Source: an uncultured Actinomycetes bacterium (lineage in GTDB: Bacteria > Actinomycetota > JAICYB01). Taken from it: 64,000 bases of DNA. Under the pieces are notes generated by a model that saw only the letters and a list, made by a program, of their open reading frames with translations, was not told the DNA's origin and searched no databases. A program made the translations under genes and the position numbers. The stretch is from NCBI GenBank assembly GCA_963789445.1, contig CAWBKS010000003.1:102402-166401 (forward strand), given 5' to 3'. Each line of letters begins with the position of its first letter. The stretch's first letter is position 1. Positions 19,921-29,949 of the stretch are shown in pieces.

Positions 19921-20720
19921 CGCGTCACCGAAGCGAAGAACCCAGCCAGCGCTTCGTTCACAACATCGGGCGTCTCGATCGGTGTCGTATGTCCGGCGTC
20001 CAGCACGCGGACGAGCTCGGCGCCTGCGACACCCGACACGAATTCCTCTGCCCGTGCGATCGGCACAGCAGCGTCCAGCTCACCGTGGATGGCAAGAGCC
20101 GGCATCCGGATGAGCGGGAGCTGATCCACCACCGAGTCGCGCTGGATCAAGGCTCGAAGCCCTTCGACCACGGTGATGGTCGGCGTATTCATCTCGCGAT
20201 CGACCTGGATGTCGATCACGTCGGGATTCTCATCGATGAATGTCTGAGTGAAGAAGATGGGCATCGTTTCTCGTGCGAACTCCTCACTGACCCCATCTTC
20301 TCGATGGGCACGGGCCTGGTACGCGGAATAGGCTTCGGCTACGCCCGGATCCTCCGCATCGGCCGTCGAGTCGATCATCACCAGCGACCGGAGGAGATCC
20401 TGACGCTGCAGTGCAACGCGGACGGCGGTCATGCCGCCGAGGGACATCCCGACGAGGTGGCACGGGGCCGCATTCGTGTCCTCTATGAACTTGATCAGGT
20501 CGGCCACCATGTCTTGAAGAGACCAAGGGGCGTCGGGAAGGTCGCTGCGTCCGTGCCCTCGCAGATCCCACGCGATGCAGCGGTAGCGATCCGGGAGGTC
20601 TTCGAATTGCGCTGCAAACATCGTGTGGTCGAACAGGAATCCGTGAGCGAACACGATGGCCGGCCCATCGCCCTCCTCGACGTAGTGGATCTTGAACCCG
20701 CGTCCGTCGTAATGGGGCAT
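19917..20720 (-). CDS. Alpha/beta hydrolase
   Basis: HGFLFD ... GMSLGG nucleophile elbow ... His near C-terminus. Confidence 0.85.
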   Translation of the reverse strand: MPHYDGRGFKIHYVEEGDGPAIVFAHGFLFDHTMFAAQFEDLPDRYRCIAWDLRGHGRSDLPDAPWSLQDMVADLIKFIEDTNAAPCHLVGMSLGGMTAVRVALQRQDLLRSLVMIDSTADAEDPGVAEAYSAYQARAHREDGVSEEFARETMPIFFTQTFIDENPDVIDIQVDREMNTPTITVVEGLRALIQRDSVVDQLPLIRMPALAIHGELDAAVPIARAEEFVSGVAGAELVRVLDAGHTTPIETPDVVNEALAGFFASVTR

Positions 20721-20722
20721 GC

Positions 20723-21874
20723 CTATTGGGGCTTGAGCCCCAGGGCGCGCGACAGCACGAGATGCTGGATGTCCGTGGTGCCTTCGACGATCGCGTAGTA
20801 CCGAGAGTCGCGGAACAGCCGCTCGATCGGGAACTCTCCGCCGATATACGAGTAGCCGCCGAACGTGCGCAATGACTCACTCGCGGCCCGTACGGCCGTC
20901 TCGGACGCGATCAGCTTGGCGATCGCGACTTCCTTGGGGGTTTCCTTGCCTTCGTCCCACAGGCTGGCCGCCCAATAGACGGTCACTCGTGCCGACTCCA
21001 CCTCGGCTGCGATCTGCGCAATGCGGAACGCGACGGCTTGGAATCCGCCGATCTCGCGTCCGAAGGCCTGTCGCTGTTTCGCATACTCCACGGACACATC
21101 GACTGCTCGCTGGCCGGTCCCGAGCGCCCCACCGGCCACGATGAGCCGGCCCCCGTTCAACGTGCGGGCGGCGCGCCGGAAGCCCCCCGTCGGCTCGCCG
21201 ATCAATGCGTCGTCGGGAACCTCGACCTGGTCGACCACGACCTCGCCGACTTCCGACGATCGGTGTCCGAGCGTCTTCAAAGGACGCACCGCGTCGGCCG
21301 GCAACCGGTCGCGGTCGAGGATGAAGTTCGCGATGCCTTCGTACCCGAGATCGCGGTCTGTGTAGCAAGTGAAGATGTAGAAGTCGGCGGAGGGCGCGCA
21401 GGTGATGAACATCTTGCGGCCGTTGAGGATCCAGCTCCCGTTCTTGCGCTCGGCCGTCGACCTGATCCCCTTGACGTCCGATCCGGCCTCCGGTTCGGTG
21501 AGCGCGAACGCGCCCATCCATTCACCGGCCGTAACGCGGGGGAGGTAATGCTTCTGTTGTTCGGACGAACCGAACTCGAAGATCGGATACGACCCGATGT
21601 TGCCGGGGACGCTGAGGGCCGAGCTGATACCGGCACACTGGTAGCTCGTCTCTTCGCGCCAGAGAACCTCGGCCGTGATCCCTGCATCAGAGCCGCCGAG
21701 CTCTGAGGGATAACGCATACCGATGAATCCTGATTGTCCGGCCTTGGTGTAAATGTCGCGCGGGAACTTCTCGTTGGCCTCGGCTTCTTCGACGCGCGGA
21801 GCGATCTCTCTTTCCGCGAAGGTTGCCGCGGATTGTTTTAGCGCCAGCAGCTCGTCGGGTAATGCGAAGGGCAT
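20723..21874 (-). CDS. Acyl-CoA dehydrogenase
   Basis: 383 aa with canonical ACAD N-terminal, middle and C-terminal domains (GAFALTEPEAGSD, catalytic Glu region YAIVEGT). Confidence 0.9.
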   Translation of the reverse strand: MPFALPDELLALKQSAATFAEREIAPRVEEAEANEKFPRDIYTKAGQSGFIGMRYPSELGGSDAGITAEVLWREETSYQCAGISSALSVPGNIGSYPIFEFGSSEQQKHYLPRVTAGEWMGAFALTEPEAGSDVKGIRSTAERKNGSWILNGRKMFITCAPSADFYIFTCYTDRDLGYEGIANFILDRDRLPADAVRPLKTLGHRSSEVGEVVVDQVEVPDDALIGEPTGGFRRAARTLNGGRLIVAGGALGTGQRAVDVSVEYAKQRQAFGREIGGFQAVAFRIAQIAAEVESARVTVYWAASLWDEGKETPKEVAIAKLIASETAVRAASESLRTFGGYSYIGGEFPIERLFRDSRYYAIVEGTTDIQHLVLSRALGLKPQ

Positions 21875-21898
21875 GGGTCCACATCCTACGCAGTAGCT

Positions 21899-21927
21899 CC
21901 ATAGGGTCAGCTTTGCTGACCCTATGG
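21899..21927. promoter_or_regulatory. Perfect 13-bp inverted repeat (CCATAGGGTCAGC-ttt-GCTGACCCTATGG) in a divergent promoter region
   Basis: Seen directly. It sits between the divergent starts of the acyl-CoA dehydrogenase (21874, minus) and the first ArsA-like ATPase (21982, plus). Confidence 0.5.
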
Positions 21928-21981
21928 ATGCTGCCGCTTCGCTTCGCTCAGCGGTAGCTCGGCGGTAGGCTTACGGCTCGA

Positions 21982-22914
21982 ATGTCCCAGTTGCTCGAGC
22001 AACTCTTCCGCCGTCGCGCTCTATGGGTCACAGGCAAAGGCGGCGTCGGCAAGTCTTCGATCTCGGCTGCACTGGCGTTGTTGTCCGCGCAACGCGGATT
22101 TCGCACGCTTCTTATCGACGTCGAGGCGCGAGGGGACGCCGCCAGCTTCCTGGACGCCGGGCCCCCACGCTACGAAGCACGTGAAGCGCAACCGAATCTC
22201 TTCCACCTCGCGCTCTATCCCGAGGACGTGCTCGACGAGTACTTACAGATTGCGCTCAGGGTTCCCCGCATCAGGCGGCTCGGGCCGATCCGCAAGGTCT
22301 TCGACTTCATTGCCACCGGCGCGCCGGGCGTGAAGGAAGTGCTCATCTCCGGAAAGGTCGGGTTCGAGGAGAGAGCCGAGGAGGGCGGACGCCCACGTTG
22401 GGACGTCATAGTCGTTGATGCTGCGCCGTCCGGTCAGGTCTTGTCTCACCTGCGCGGCCCCCGGACCATCCAAGAGATGGTCGGCGTCGGGATGATCCGG
22501 AATCAGACCGCTTGGGTACGCGAGATCCTCGAGGATCCCGAGAAGACGGGTGTCGTCGTCGTTTCGCTGCCGGAAGAGATGCCGGTAACCGAGACAACGG
22601 AGCTCCTGGAGAACATCCCGAAGGAAGTCAACACGCCGGTGCTGGCGATCGTGGCCAATCGCGTCGTCTCCGGCCCACGCGATGGCGACGCACTGAAAGC
22701 GCTGGCGCAGTCGCGCGAAGCCCTCGGCGATGCCGCTCTGGCGATCGATGCCGCGCAACTGTGCGCCGAGCTTGCCGAAGAGCAAAGCGAGCACCTGGAG
22801 AAACTCAAGACCCTCGGCCCGCCGACGGCCGAGGTTCCGTTGATCGGATGGGAGAACCACGATCTGGCGGCGACGAAGCAATTGGCCGAGGCGCTGGAGA
22901 AGTCCTCGCCGTGA
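21982..22914 (+). CDS. ArsA-family (ParA/MinD superfamily) ATPase, subunit 1 of a pair
   Basis: Deviant Walker A (GKGGVGKSS). 310 aa. Resembles the mycobacterial Rv3679-type anion-transporting ATPase homologue. Confidence 0.75.
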   Translation: MSQLLEQLFRRRALWVTGKGGVGKSSISAALALLSAQRGFRTLLIDVEARGDAASFLDAGPPRYEAREAQPNLFHLALYPEDVLDEYLQIALRVPRIRRLGPIRKVFDFIATGAPGVKEVLISGKVGFEERAEEGGRPRWDVIVVDAAPSGQVLSHLRGPRTIQEMVGVGMIRNQTAWVREILEDPEKTGVVVVSLPEEMPVTETTELLENIPKEVNTPVLAIVANRVVSGPRDGDALKALAQSREALGDAALAIDAAQLCAELAEEQSEHLEKLKTLGPPTAEVPLIGWENHDLAATKQLAEALEKSSP

Positions 22915-24054
22915 GCGACCTTCGCAGCGCGATCCAAAGCAAAGAGATCCTCGTAGTGTGCGGCGCAGGGGGTGTCGGCAAGACGACGTCGGCGGCGGCT
23001 ATAGCGCTCGACGCAGCGAAGGAAAAGAAGACGATCGTCGTCACCATCGACCCGGCGCGTCGTCTGGGCAGCGCGCTCGGACTGGACACCGGGCTCGGCC
23101 ACAAGGAGAGCCGTCGTCGAGCTTCGCAACGGCCATAAGGGTTCTCTTCACGCGGCGATGCTCGACATGAAAACGGCCTGGGACGACCTGATCGATCGTT
23201 ACTCCCCCACTCGCGCGCAAGCGCAACACATCAAGGAGAACCGCATCTATCGCGGTGTGTCGGAACAGTTCGTCGGATCGCAGGGATACATGGCCATGGA
23301 GCGCCTGGCCGATCTGCACGAGCGCGGCGGCTACGACCTCATCGTCATCGACACTCCACCAACGCGCAGCGCACTCGATTTCCTGGAAGCGCCCAAGCGG
23401 ATGACCGACTTCATCGGCGGGAGCCTCCTGCGTTGGATGGCCAAGCCATACGCGGCGGCCGGAAAGGTCGGCTTGCGCGCCTTCGGCTGGACGGCGTCAC
23501 CCTTCCTCAAGATCGCCGACCGCGTGCTCGGCTCCCAGGTGCTCGAGGATCTTTCGGCACTCGTCCTCGACTTCCAGAACCTCTACGAAGGCTTCAAGGA
23601 ACGCGCGGACGCCGTCCTCGAGCTCCTCTCCTCCGAACAGACCGGGTTCCTCGTGGTTACGACCTTGGAGGGCCCGCCGCTGGACGAAGCCGGCTTCTTC
23701 ATCGACCGCCTGGTCGACGAGAGGCTGGGGCTGACCGGGGTCGTCGCCAACAAGGTCGTTCCTCTCGAGCTGGCTGATGCCGACCCCGCTGCCGTCGACC
23801 GGGTCGACGTATCCGCGGTAGCGCAGGCCGCCGGCATCGACGCGGATCGGGTGGGCGTCGCGCTCGCCGATTCACGCATTGCTGCCGCGACGTTCTCAAC
23901 GCTCGCGCGCCGCGACGCTCACAGTCTCGAAGACCTGAACCGGCGGTCACGCGCACCCGTGGCGCACGTACCTCTGATGACTCACGACGTGCACGATCTC
24001 GACGGCTTAGCCGAGCTCGCACGTCACTTGCTTGGTCCATCATCGGGCGCGTGA
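22911..24054 (+). pseudogene. ArsA-family ATPase, subunit 2 (Rv3680-like), with a single-nt frameshift near 23100
   Basis: GTG start overlaps the upstream stop (GTGA). [10 protein letters not shown] and [14 protein letters not shown] appear in one frame; ...[28 protein letters not shown]... continues in the +1 frame. Confidence 0.7.
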
Positions 24055-25859
24055 CGCGCTCGGCTCTAGACACCCTCCAGACCGTCTTCGGCTACCCCGG
24101 ATTCCGTGGTGACCAGGAGGCCGTGGTCGGCCACGTGGTGGCCGGGGGCGACTGCCTCGTCCTGATGCCGACCGGGGGCGGCAAGTCGCTCTGCTATCAG
24201 ATCCCCGCCCTCATCAGGGAAGGCACGGCCGTGGTCGTGTCTCCGCTGATCTCGCTGATGCACGATCAGGTCGTTGCGCTCAAACAGCTCGGTATCCGGG
24301 CCGCCGTCCTGAACTCGTCGCTCGACGCCAAGACGGTTCGCACAACCGAGCAGGCCGTGGTCGACGGCGCGCTCGATCTGCTTTACGTCGCCCCGGAGAG
24401 ATTGCTGACGCCGCGCTTCATGGATCTACTGAGCCGCATCCAGCCCGCTTTGTTCGCGATCGACGAAGCGCATTGCGTGTCGATGTGGGGTCACGATTTC
24501 CGCCCCGAGTACCGGCAGTTGCGCATCCTGCACGAACGATTCCCGGCTGTGCCACGCATAGCGCTCACGGCAACCGCGGACAAGCCCACGCGCGCCGACA
24601 TCATTCAGCACCTGGCGCTGGAGTCGGCACAGTTGTTCGTGGCGAGCTTCGACCGTCCAAACATCAGGTACACCGTTGCCGCGAAGAAGTCTCCGCTCAA
24701 GCAGCTGCTCTCGTTCCTCGACGAACGGCGAGGTTCGGCCGGGATCGTCTATCGCCATTCACGGCGCAAGGTCGAGGAGACGGCCGAAGCCCTGGCGACC
24801 GCCGGCTACCAGGCGATCCCGTATCACGCCGGACTCGACGCTTCCACGCGACGAGCGCATCAGGACCGCTTCGTCAAGGAAGAAGGCGTCATCGTGGTCG
24901 CAACGATCGCCTTCGGCATGGGTATCGACAAGCCCGATGTGCGGTTCGTCGTCCATCTCGACCTTCCTCGCAGCATCGAGGGCTATTACCAGGAGACCGG
25001 CCGAGCCGGACGCGACGGCCTGGGGGCCGAAGCGCTGTTGACCTACGGGATGGCCGACATCGGCAGCATGCAGACGCTCATCGACTCATCCGACGCGACC
25101 GAAGAACGCAAGCGCGTCGAACGGCAAAAGCTCTTTGAGCTCCTCGGCTTCTGCGAGTCGGCATCGTGTCGCCGGCAGACGCTGCTCGCCCATTTCGGAG
25201 AAGAGCATCCCGGCTCATGTGGAAACTGCGACAACTGCTTGCAGCCGCCGACGACTTGGGACGCGACGGTCGCAGCACAGAAGGCGCTGTCTTGCGTGTA
25301 CCGAACGGGCGAGCGGTTCGGTGCTTCGCACCTCATCGATGTTCTTTTGGGCCGTACCAATGAAAAGATCGATCGTTTCGGCCACAACGAAGTGAGCACG
25401 TTCGGGATCGGGACGGAGCTCGACGAACCCCAGTGGCGCGCCGTCTATCGCCAGCTGATCGCTCTGGGCATGCTCGCACCGGACCCCCAGCGATACGGCG
25501 GCCTGCGTCTGACGCCGTCGAGCCGTCCCGTCCTCCGGGGCGAACAGACGGTGACGTTCCGGGAAGATGTTCGGACACGCAAGACCAGGCAAAAGACCAA
25601 ACCCTTCCAAGCGCGCGGGTTCGGGGATGCGGATCCGAAGGACGAAGCACTATGGGAGTCGTTACGCGTGACACGTTTGGAATTGGCCAAGGCTCAGGAC
25701 GTGCCGCCGTACGTGATCTTCCACGACAAGACGCTGCGCGAGATCGTGGAACGGCGTCCCCAGACACTGGACGAGTTCGCGACGATCAGCGGGGTCGGAG
25801 AACGGAAGCTCGAGATGTACGGACAGAGCTTCCTCGACGCCGTTCTCGCTTCGGCCTGA
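24051..25859 (+). CDS. recQ: ATP-dependent DNA helicase RecQ
   Basis: 602 aa with DEAH helicase motifs ([19 protein letters not shown] zinc region with four Cys, HRDC-like C-terminus). Its start overlaps the preceding gene. Confidence 0.9.
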   Translation: MTRSALDTLQTVFGYPGFRGDQEAVVGHVVAGGDCLVLMPTGGGKSLCYQIPALIREGTAVVVSPLISLMHDQVVALKQLGIRAAVLNSSLDAKTVRTTEQAVVDGALDLLYVAPERLLTPRFMDLLSRIQPALFAIDEAHCVSMWGHDFRPEYRQLRILHERFPAVPRIALTATADKPTRADIIQHLALESAQLFVASFDRPNIRYTVAAKKSPLKQLLSFLDERRGSAGIVYRHSRRKVEETAEALATAGYQAIPYHAGLDASTRRAHQDRFVKEEGVIVVATIAFGMGIDKPDVRFVVHLDLPRSIEGYYQETGRAGRDGLGAEALLTYGMADIGSMQTLIDSSDATEERKRVERQKLFELLGFCESASCRRQTLLAHFGEEHPGSCGNCDNCLQPPTTWDATVAAQKALSCVYRTGERFGASHLIDVLLGRTNEKIDRFGHNEVSTFGIGTELDEPQWRAVYRQLIALGMLAPDPQRYGGLRLTPSSRPVLRGEQTVTFREDVRTRKTRQKTKPFQARGFGDADPKDEALWESLRVTRLELAKAQDVPPYVIFHDKTLREIVERRPQTLDEFATISGVGERKLEMYGQSFLDAVLASA

Positions 25860-25871
25860 CGAGCGGGAAGA

Positions 25872-26321
25872 CTAGCTCTGTGCCGGGGGTGCCTTCGGCG
25901 CCGTGGTCTCCTGCTCCACACGCGGATAGAGCCGGAAGTACATCAAGCAATAGGCCAGCTCGAACACGGCGAAACCGATGCCCTTGCCGCCCGTGATTTC
26001 GCTACGAGTCACTCCAGCGATGGTGACCATGGCGGTGATCAGGGGAACGAAGAGCAGGACCACGAGCAGGCTACGGCTGCGTTGCGGCTGGGCGGCAGCC
26101 AAGGCGTAACCCAAGCCGACGACGAGCATCACGCCACCGTAGAGGTAGGCGGCTCCAGCCTGGCCGGGAGCGATCTCGATCCCGAGCACTCTTTCCAGCA
26201 TCTCGGTCCAGACAACGCCCCAGATCCCGACGATCACTGAGATCAGCGCGCCGAGCATCAGCAACAATCGGAAGGAGCCTTCGCTGCTTTTCGTGCGCCG
26301 GTCGGGCGGGCGAGCACTCAT
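25872..26321 (-). CDS. Hypothetical integral membrane protein (~4 TM helices)
   Basis: Internal ATG at 26321 gives MSARPPDRR... followed by hydrophobic segments. The longer ORF to 26516 would overlap the NUDIX gene promoter region. Confidence 0.45.
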   Translation of the reverse strand: MSARPPDRRTKSSEGSFRLLLMLGALISVIVGIWGVVWTEMLERVLGIEIAPGQAGAAYLYGGVMLVVGLGYALAAAQPQRSRSLLVVLLFVPLITAMVTIAGVTRSEITGGKGIGFAVFELAYCLMYFRLYPRVEQETTAPKAPPAQS

Positions 26322-26330
26322 ACGGGAATT

Positions 26331-26744
26331 ATGCTCCGACACGTGGACACTGATTTCGCACCGATGATCGGCGGTGCGTCGGGCCTGATCGTTCGCGACG
26401 GCAAAGTGCTGCTCATCCGCCGCGGTAAGGAGCCGTACAAGGACCATTGGTCCCTGCCCGGCGGAGGCGTCGATCGCGGCGAGAAAGTACGCGAAACCGT
26501 CAAGCGAGAGGTCCATGAGGAAACGGGCCTAGAGGTCGAGGTCGGCCTTGTCGCCGGCTATCGGGAGGAGATCCTTCCCGAGGGTCACTACATCGTGCTC
26601 GCCTTCCACTGCACGGTCACGGGCGGAGAGCTGCGCGCAGGTGACGACGCCGCCGAAGCCGAGTTCGTCGATCCGAATGCTCTCGGAGGTCGGCCGACTA
26701 CTCCAGCGATCGAAGATGTCTTCCGCGACGCTGGCCTTCTCTGA
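26331..26744 (+). CDS. NUDIX hydrolase
   Basis: Nudix box GGGVDRGEKVRETVKREVHEETGL. Confidence 0.85.
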   Translation: MLRHVDTDFAPMIGGASGLIVRDGKVLLIRRGKEPYKDHWSLPGGGVDRGEKVRETVKREVHEETGLEVEVGLVAGYREEILPEGHYIVLAFHCTVTGGELRAGDDAAEAEFVDPNALGGRPTTPAIEDVFRDAGLL

Positions 26745-27809
26745 TCAAGACCTGCCACCGGGAAGGTGGCCACTCATTACATGTTCAATGGCCGCCCCGA
26801 ACCCCTCGTCGAAACGACCGGCGGTGAACGACGAAGCGGTATCGATCGCGGCCGCTCGCATCGCAGAGTAAGAACCGTCGATCAGGCTTTTCGCCATCCT
26901 GTCTGAAGTTCGATGATCAACTAAGAATCCGTTCGCGCCATCTTCGATTAGTTCCGCACTTGATTGGAAACTGGAAGTGACGGCGGGGATGCCCAGCGAC
27001 ATGCCCTCGAGGATGCTGTAGCCGAAACTCTCGAAACGAGATAGAAGCACGTTGAAATGGGGACGAATCTCCCGCATCTTTTCCATCGGATCATCGATCC
27101 AACCGGTGATATCCACGCTGCCCTTGGTGCGCTCGGACAAACTCGCGAGGAATGAGTCGCGCATCGGGCCATCGCCGATCCAGGTGCAATGGAACGGTGA
27201 CACGTTCGCAAGGTCGCTCAAGAACCCAGCGACACGCTTCGGGTCCTTCTGTTCGGTGATTCGGCCAAGCACAACCAGTCGCAGGGTGGACCCTGTTACC
27301 CCGATGTCCCTCGGTTGGGTTCGGAGGAATGGCCGGACTACGAAACCACGGCCTCCAACCGAGCCGAATCTCTCCTCATAGTCCACGCGTTCGCCTGAGG
27401 TGAGAAACACATACGTGACGGTCTTGCTCAGAGAGGTTAGTACCCGCTCGACAACCGCCCACGGACGGGACCTGTACCCGAAGCTCGCATTGGGGACGTA
27501 GACCAAACGCGCGGACGGAACTAATCGCAGGATGCCTGCCAACCGGCCGAAGATCCCCGTAATACCTGCATGGAGGATCACGACGTCGTGGGAACGGATC
27601 AACCGCAGAACTTTTCGGCTCGCCACCGCCCGGGGATGCACACGCAAGAAGGGGATGCCGTCGGCGACCAGCTGCTCTTCGCTCCGCCCTGTTCCGTATC
27701 GTCCTGCGATCAAAATGACCGTGTGCGAACCACCGCGCGAGGCCGCATCGAGGAGATACCTCGCGGCTCCGCCGTCGGTCGCTTCAGTGACGTGAAGAAC
27801 CTTCGGCAT
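26745..27809 (-). CDS. Glycosyltransferase family 4 (GT-B, group 1)
   Basis: 354 aa. C-terminal GT1 domain with the E...E motif region (ESFGYSILEGMSLGIPAV). Confidence 0.75.
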   Translation of the reverse strand: MPKVLHVTEATDGGAARYLLDAASRGGSHTVILIAGRYGTGRSEEQLVADGIPFLRVHPRAVASRKVLRLIRSHDVVILHAGITGIFGRLAGILRLVPSARLVYVPNASFGYRSRPWAVVERVLTSLSKTVTYVFLTSGERVDYEERFGSVGGRGFVVRPFLRTQPRDIGVTGSTLRLVVLGRITEQKDPKRVAGFLSDLANVSPFHCTWIGDGPMRDSFLASLSERTKGSVDITGWIDDPMEKMREIRPHFNVLLSRFESFGYSILEGMSLGIPAVTSSFQSSAELIEDGANGFLVDHRTSDRMAKSLIDGSYSAMRAAAIDTASSFTAGRFDEGFGAAIEHVMSGHLPGGRS

Positions 27810-27861
27810 ATGTCAGATGACGCGCTTGCTCAGCCTCTTGCGTGGCTTCGCACGAAGCGTG

Positions 27862-29940
27862 CTAGGCCCCGCGAAGCATCGCCCGCTTGCTCTCCAGGAA
27901 ATCGAGCAAGACGTACTCGCCGAGACTCTCAGCCGACGTGAAGAAGGCCCGGCCCTGATTCAGCGCCGTCATCCTCTCGATGAAGCGCATCAGGTACGGC
28001 GAGCGGTCGAGCATGAACGTGTTGATGACGATCCCGTCCTTCGAACACCGCGCGACCTCCTTCAGCGTTTCCTCGAAAGTCTGCGGGATCGGCGGCCAAT
28101 TGAAGAGCACCTCGCCGTTGGGAAGCAGGTGCGCCGTCGGCTCGCCGTCGGTGACCATCAGGATCTGACGGCTGGCTCCCCGGTGCTGTCCGAGGAGTCT
28201 CCGTGCGAGTAGGAGCGCGTGCTGCATGTTCGTGCCGTACACCTCTTCCCACCCGAGATTCGGCAGTTCCTCGGGCTGCACCCGTCTGGCGTAATCGGAG
28301 AAGCCGATCAAGAACAACCGGTCGCGCGGGAACTGAGTCGATATCAATGCATGCAGGGCAAGCGCGACCTTCTTGGCTGCGACCCAGTTGCCGCGCATCG
28401 GCATCGAGAGCGACAGGTCGATGAGCAGGGCTGTTGCAGCCTGCACTTTGCGCTCGGTGCGCTCGACCATGAAGTCGTCCGGACGGATCTTCACCGGGGT
28501 CCCGGTTCCGGCGCGGCGGACCGCCTCGAACACGGTTTCCTTCACTTCGATGTGGAAAGGATCGCCGAACTCGTAATTCTTGAGCTCGCCGGTGATGTCG
28601 CCGCCTCGTCCGATGTCGGGCTGGTCATGCTCGCCGGCCAGCGCAGCGCGCAAGCGTTGGTACACCTTCCCCAGCGCCTGCTTGCCGATACGCCGTACGC
28701 CCTGCGGCGTCAGATCCAGGCGTCCCGAAGCTCGCTCGACGTATCCCGCCTCCTCGAGCATCTTCTCGATCTCGCGCAAACGCTTGACGTCTCGCGCCGC
28801 CTCTTCACCCAGCAGGCCTTCGACGCGGTCCACGTCCATCTCGTTCAGATCGCTCGGCTTGCTGACGCCGCGCATGTACCGTTCGAGATCCTCGGACTCC
28901 TGCATGCGCTCCATGACCTGCATCGCCTGGAGCATGTCGAGCGGCTCGTCGCCGCCGAACTGGTACTGCTGGTCCCAGAAATCACCGGGTATCGCCTGGC
29001 GCAGCGCGTTGGCGAGCTCATTCATCTGGAAGGCGAGGTCGGCGTCCTGCATCAGCGAGCCGACCAACTCGTCGAGACGCTGGCGCATCTCGGGCGACAT
29101 CGAATTCATCATGGCCTGCGCCATCGCGATGCGACGCGCGAGGGTTTCGAGCAGCTCCTCGAGATTCTGCGGATTCTCGGGGAAGAAATCCCCGTACGTC
29201 TGCATGAAGTTCTCGAAGTCGTACGGCTCGCCGTCGTTGTGCTTACGCACCATCTCGTTGAGCTCGGACATCATGTTCTTCATGCGCTCGAGCTCTTCGG
29301 GTGTCATGTTCTGCAGCGCCTGCTCGGCCCCCTTGAAGTACTGCTGCATCATCTGCTGGCGAAGCTTGTCGGTGAGCTCCTTGAACTTCGCTTCGGCCTC
29401 GGGAGAGGTGAAGTCGTAGTTCTGAAGTCCCTTGATGGCGTCGGCCGGACGTCCCTCGAGGGCATCGAGGTAGTCCAAGCGGGGGTTCAGACGCGATCCA
29501 AAGGGCGGCTGTGCGAACTCCCGCTCCAGAGCCGACAACGGATCGTCGTCGGGCAGAGCTTCTAGATCGGGTGCCTGCTCGCCTTCGGGAGTCGCACGTG
29601 CGTCCCGTGATTGTTCACGAACGTCCAGACGGTCTCGAACCTCCTGGCGTTCCATCGAACGTACCTCTCTGAGGTCCTCCTCGATCTGGTGAACGACGGA
29701 GTCCATGTCGTATTGCCGCATCGCGTCGCGACGCAGGTTGCGCAGACGCTCGGCCAGTGACTGCAGACCGGTGATACGTCGTCCCTCGAGAGAGAACCCG
29801 CGCTGCAGCATCCGGCGAAGGGCTTGACTCAGATCTCCGAACTCGAGCAAGTCTTCGGAAAGACCTTCGAGGACCTCGTCCGGGTCGGCCCACGGATCCT
29901 GCGAACCGTCCCAGCGGCTGTAGCGGTACCGCGGGCTCAC
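27862..29940 (-). CDS. VWA domain-containing protein (C-terminal von Willebrand A with MIDAS DLSLS; long acidic helical N-terminal region)
   Basis: 692 aa. N-terminus SRWDGSQDPW... ; C-terminal LLIDLSLSM...ILMVTDGEP vWA fold. Confidence 0.75.
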   Translation of the reverse strand: MSPRYRYSRWDGSQDPWADPDEVLEGLSEDLLEFGDLSQALRRMLQRGFSLEGRRITGLQSLAERLRNLRRDAMRQYDMDSVVHQIEEDLREVRSMERQEVRDRLDVREQSRDARATPEGEQAPDLEALPDDDPLSALEREFAQPPFGSRLNPRLDYLDALEGRPADAIKGLQNYDFTSPEAEAKFKELTDKLRQQMMQQYFKGAEQALQNMTPEELERMKNMMSELNEMVRKHNDGEPYDFENFMQTYGDFFPENPQNLEELLETLARRIAMAQAMMNSMSPEMRQRLDELVGSLMQDADLAFQMNELANALRQAIPGDFWDQQYQFGGDEPLDMLQAMQVMERMQESEDLERYMRGVSKPSDLNEMDVDRVEGLLGEEAARDVKRLREIEKMLEEAGYVERASGRLDLTPQGVRRIGKQALGKVYQRLRAALAGEHDQPDIGRGGDITGELKNYEFGDPFHIEVKETVFEAVRRAGTGTPVKIRPDDFMVERTERKVQAATALLIDLSLSMPMRGNWVAAKKVALALHALISTQFPRDRLFLIGFSDYARRVQPEELPNLGWEEVYGTNMQHALLLARRLLGQHRGASRQILMVTDGEPTAHLLPNGEVLFNWPPIPQTFEETLKEVARCSKDGIVINTFMLDRSPYLMRFIERMTALNQGRAFFTSAESLGEYVLLDFLESKRAMLRGA

Positions 29941-29949
29941 AACGAGAGC

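Noticed and set aside
28219-29565. 448-aa plus-strand ORF
   Set aside because: Antisense to the VWA gene, whose translation has clear MIDAS/vWA motifs. The antisense product is Leu/His/Glu-rich with no recognisable domain.
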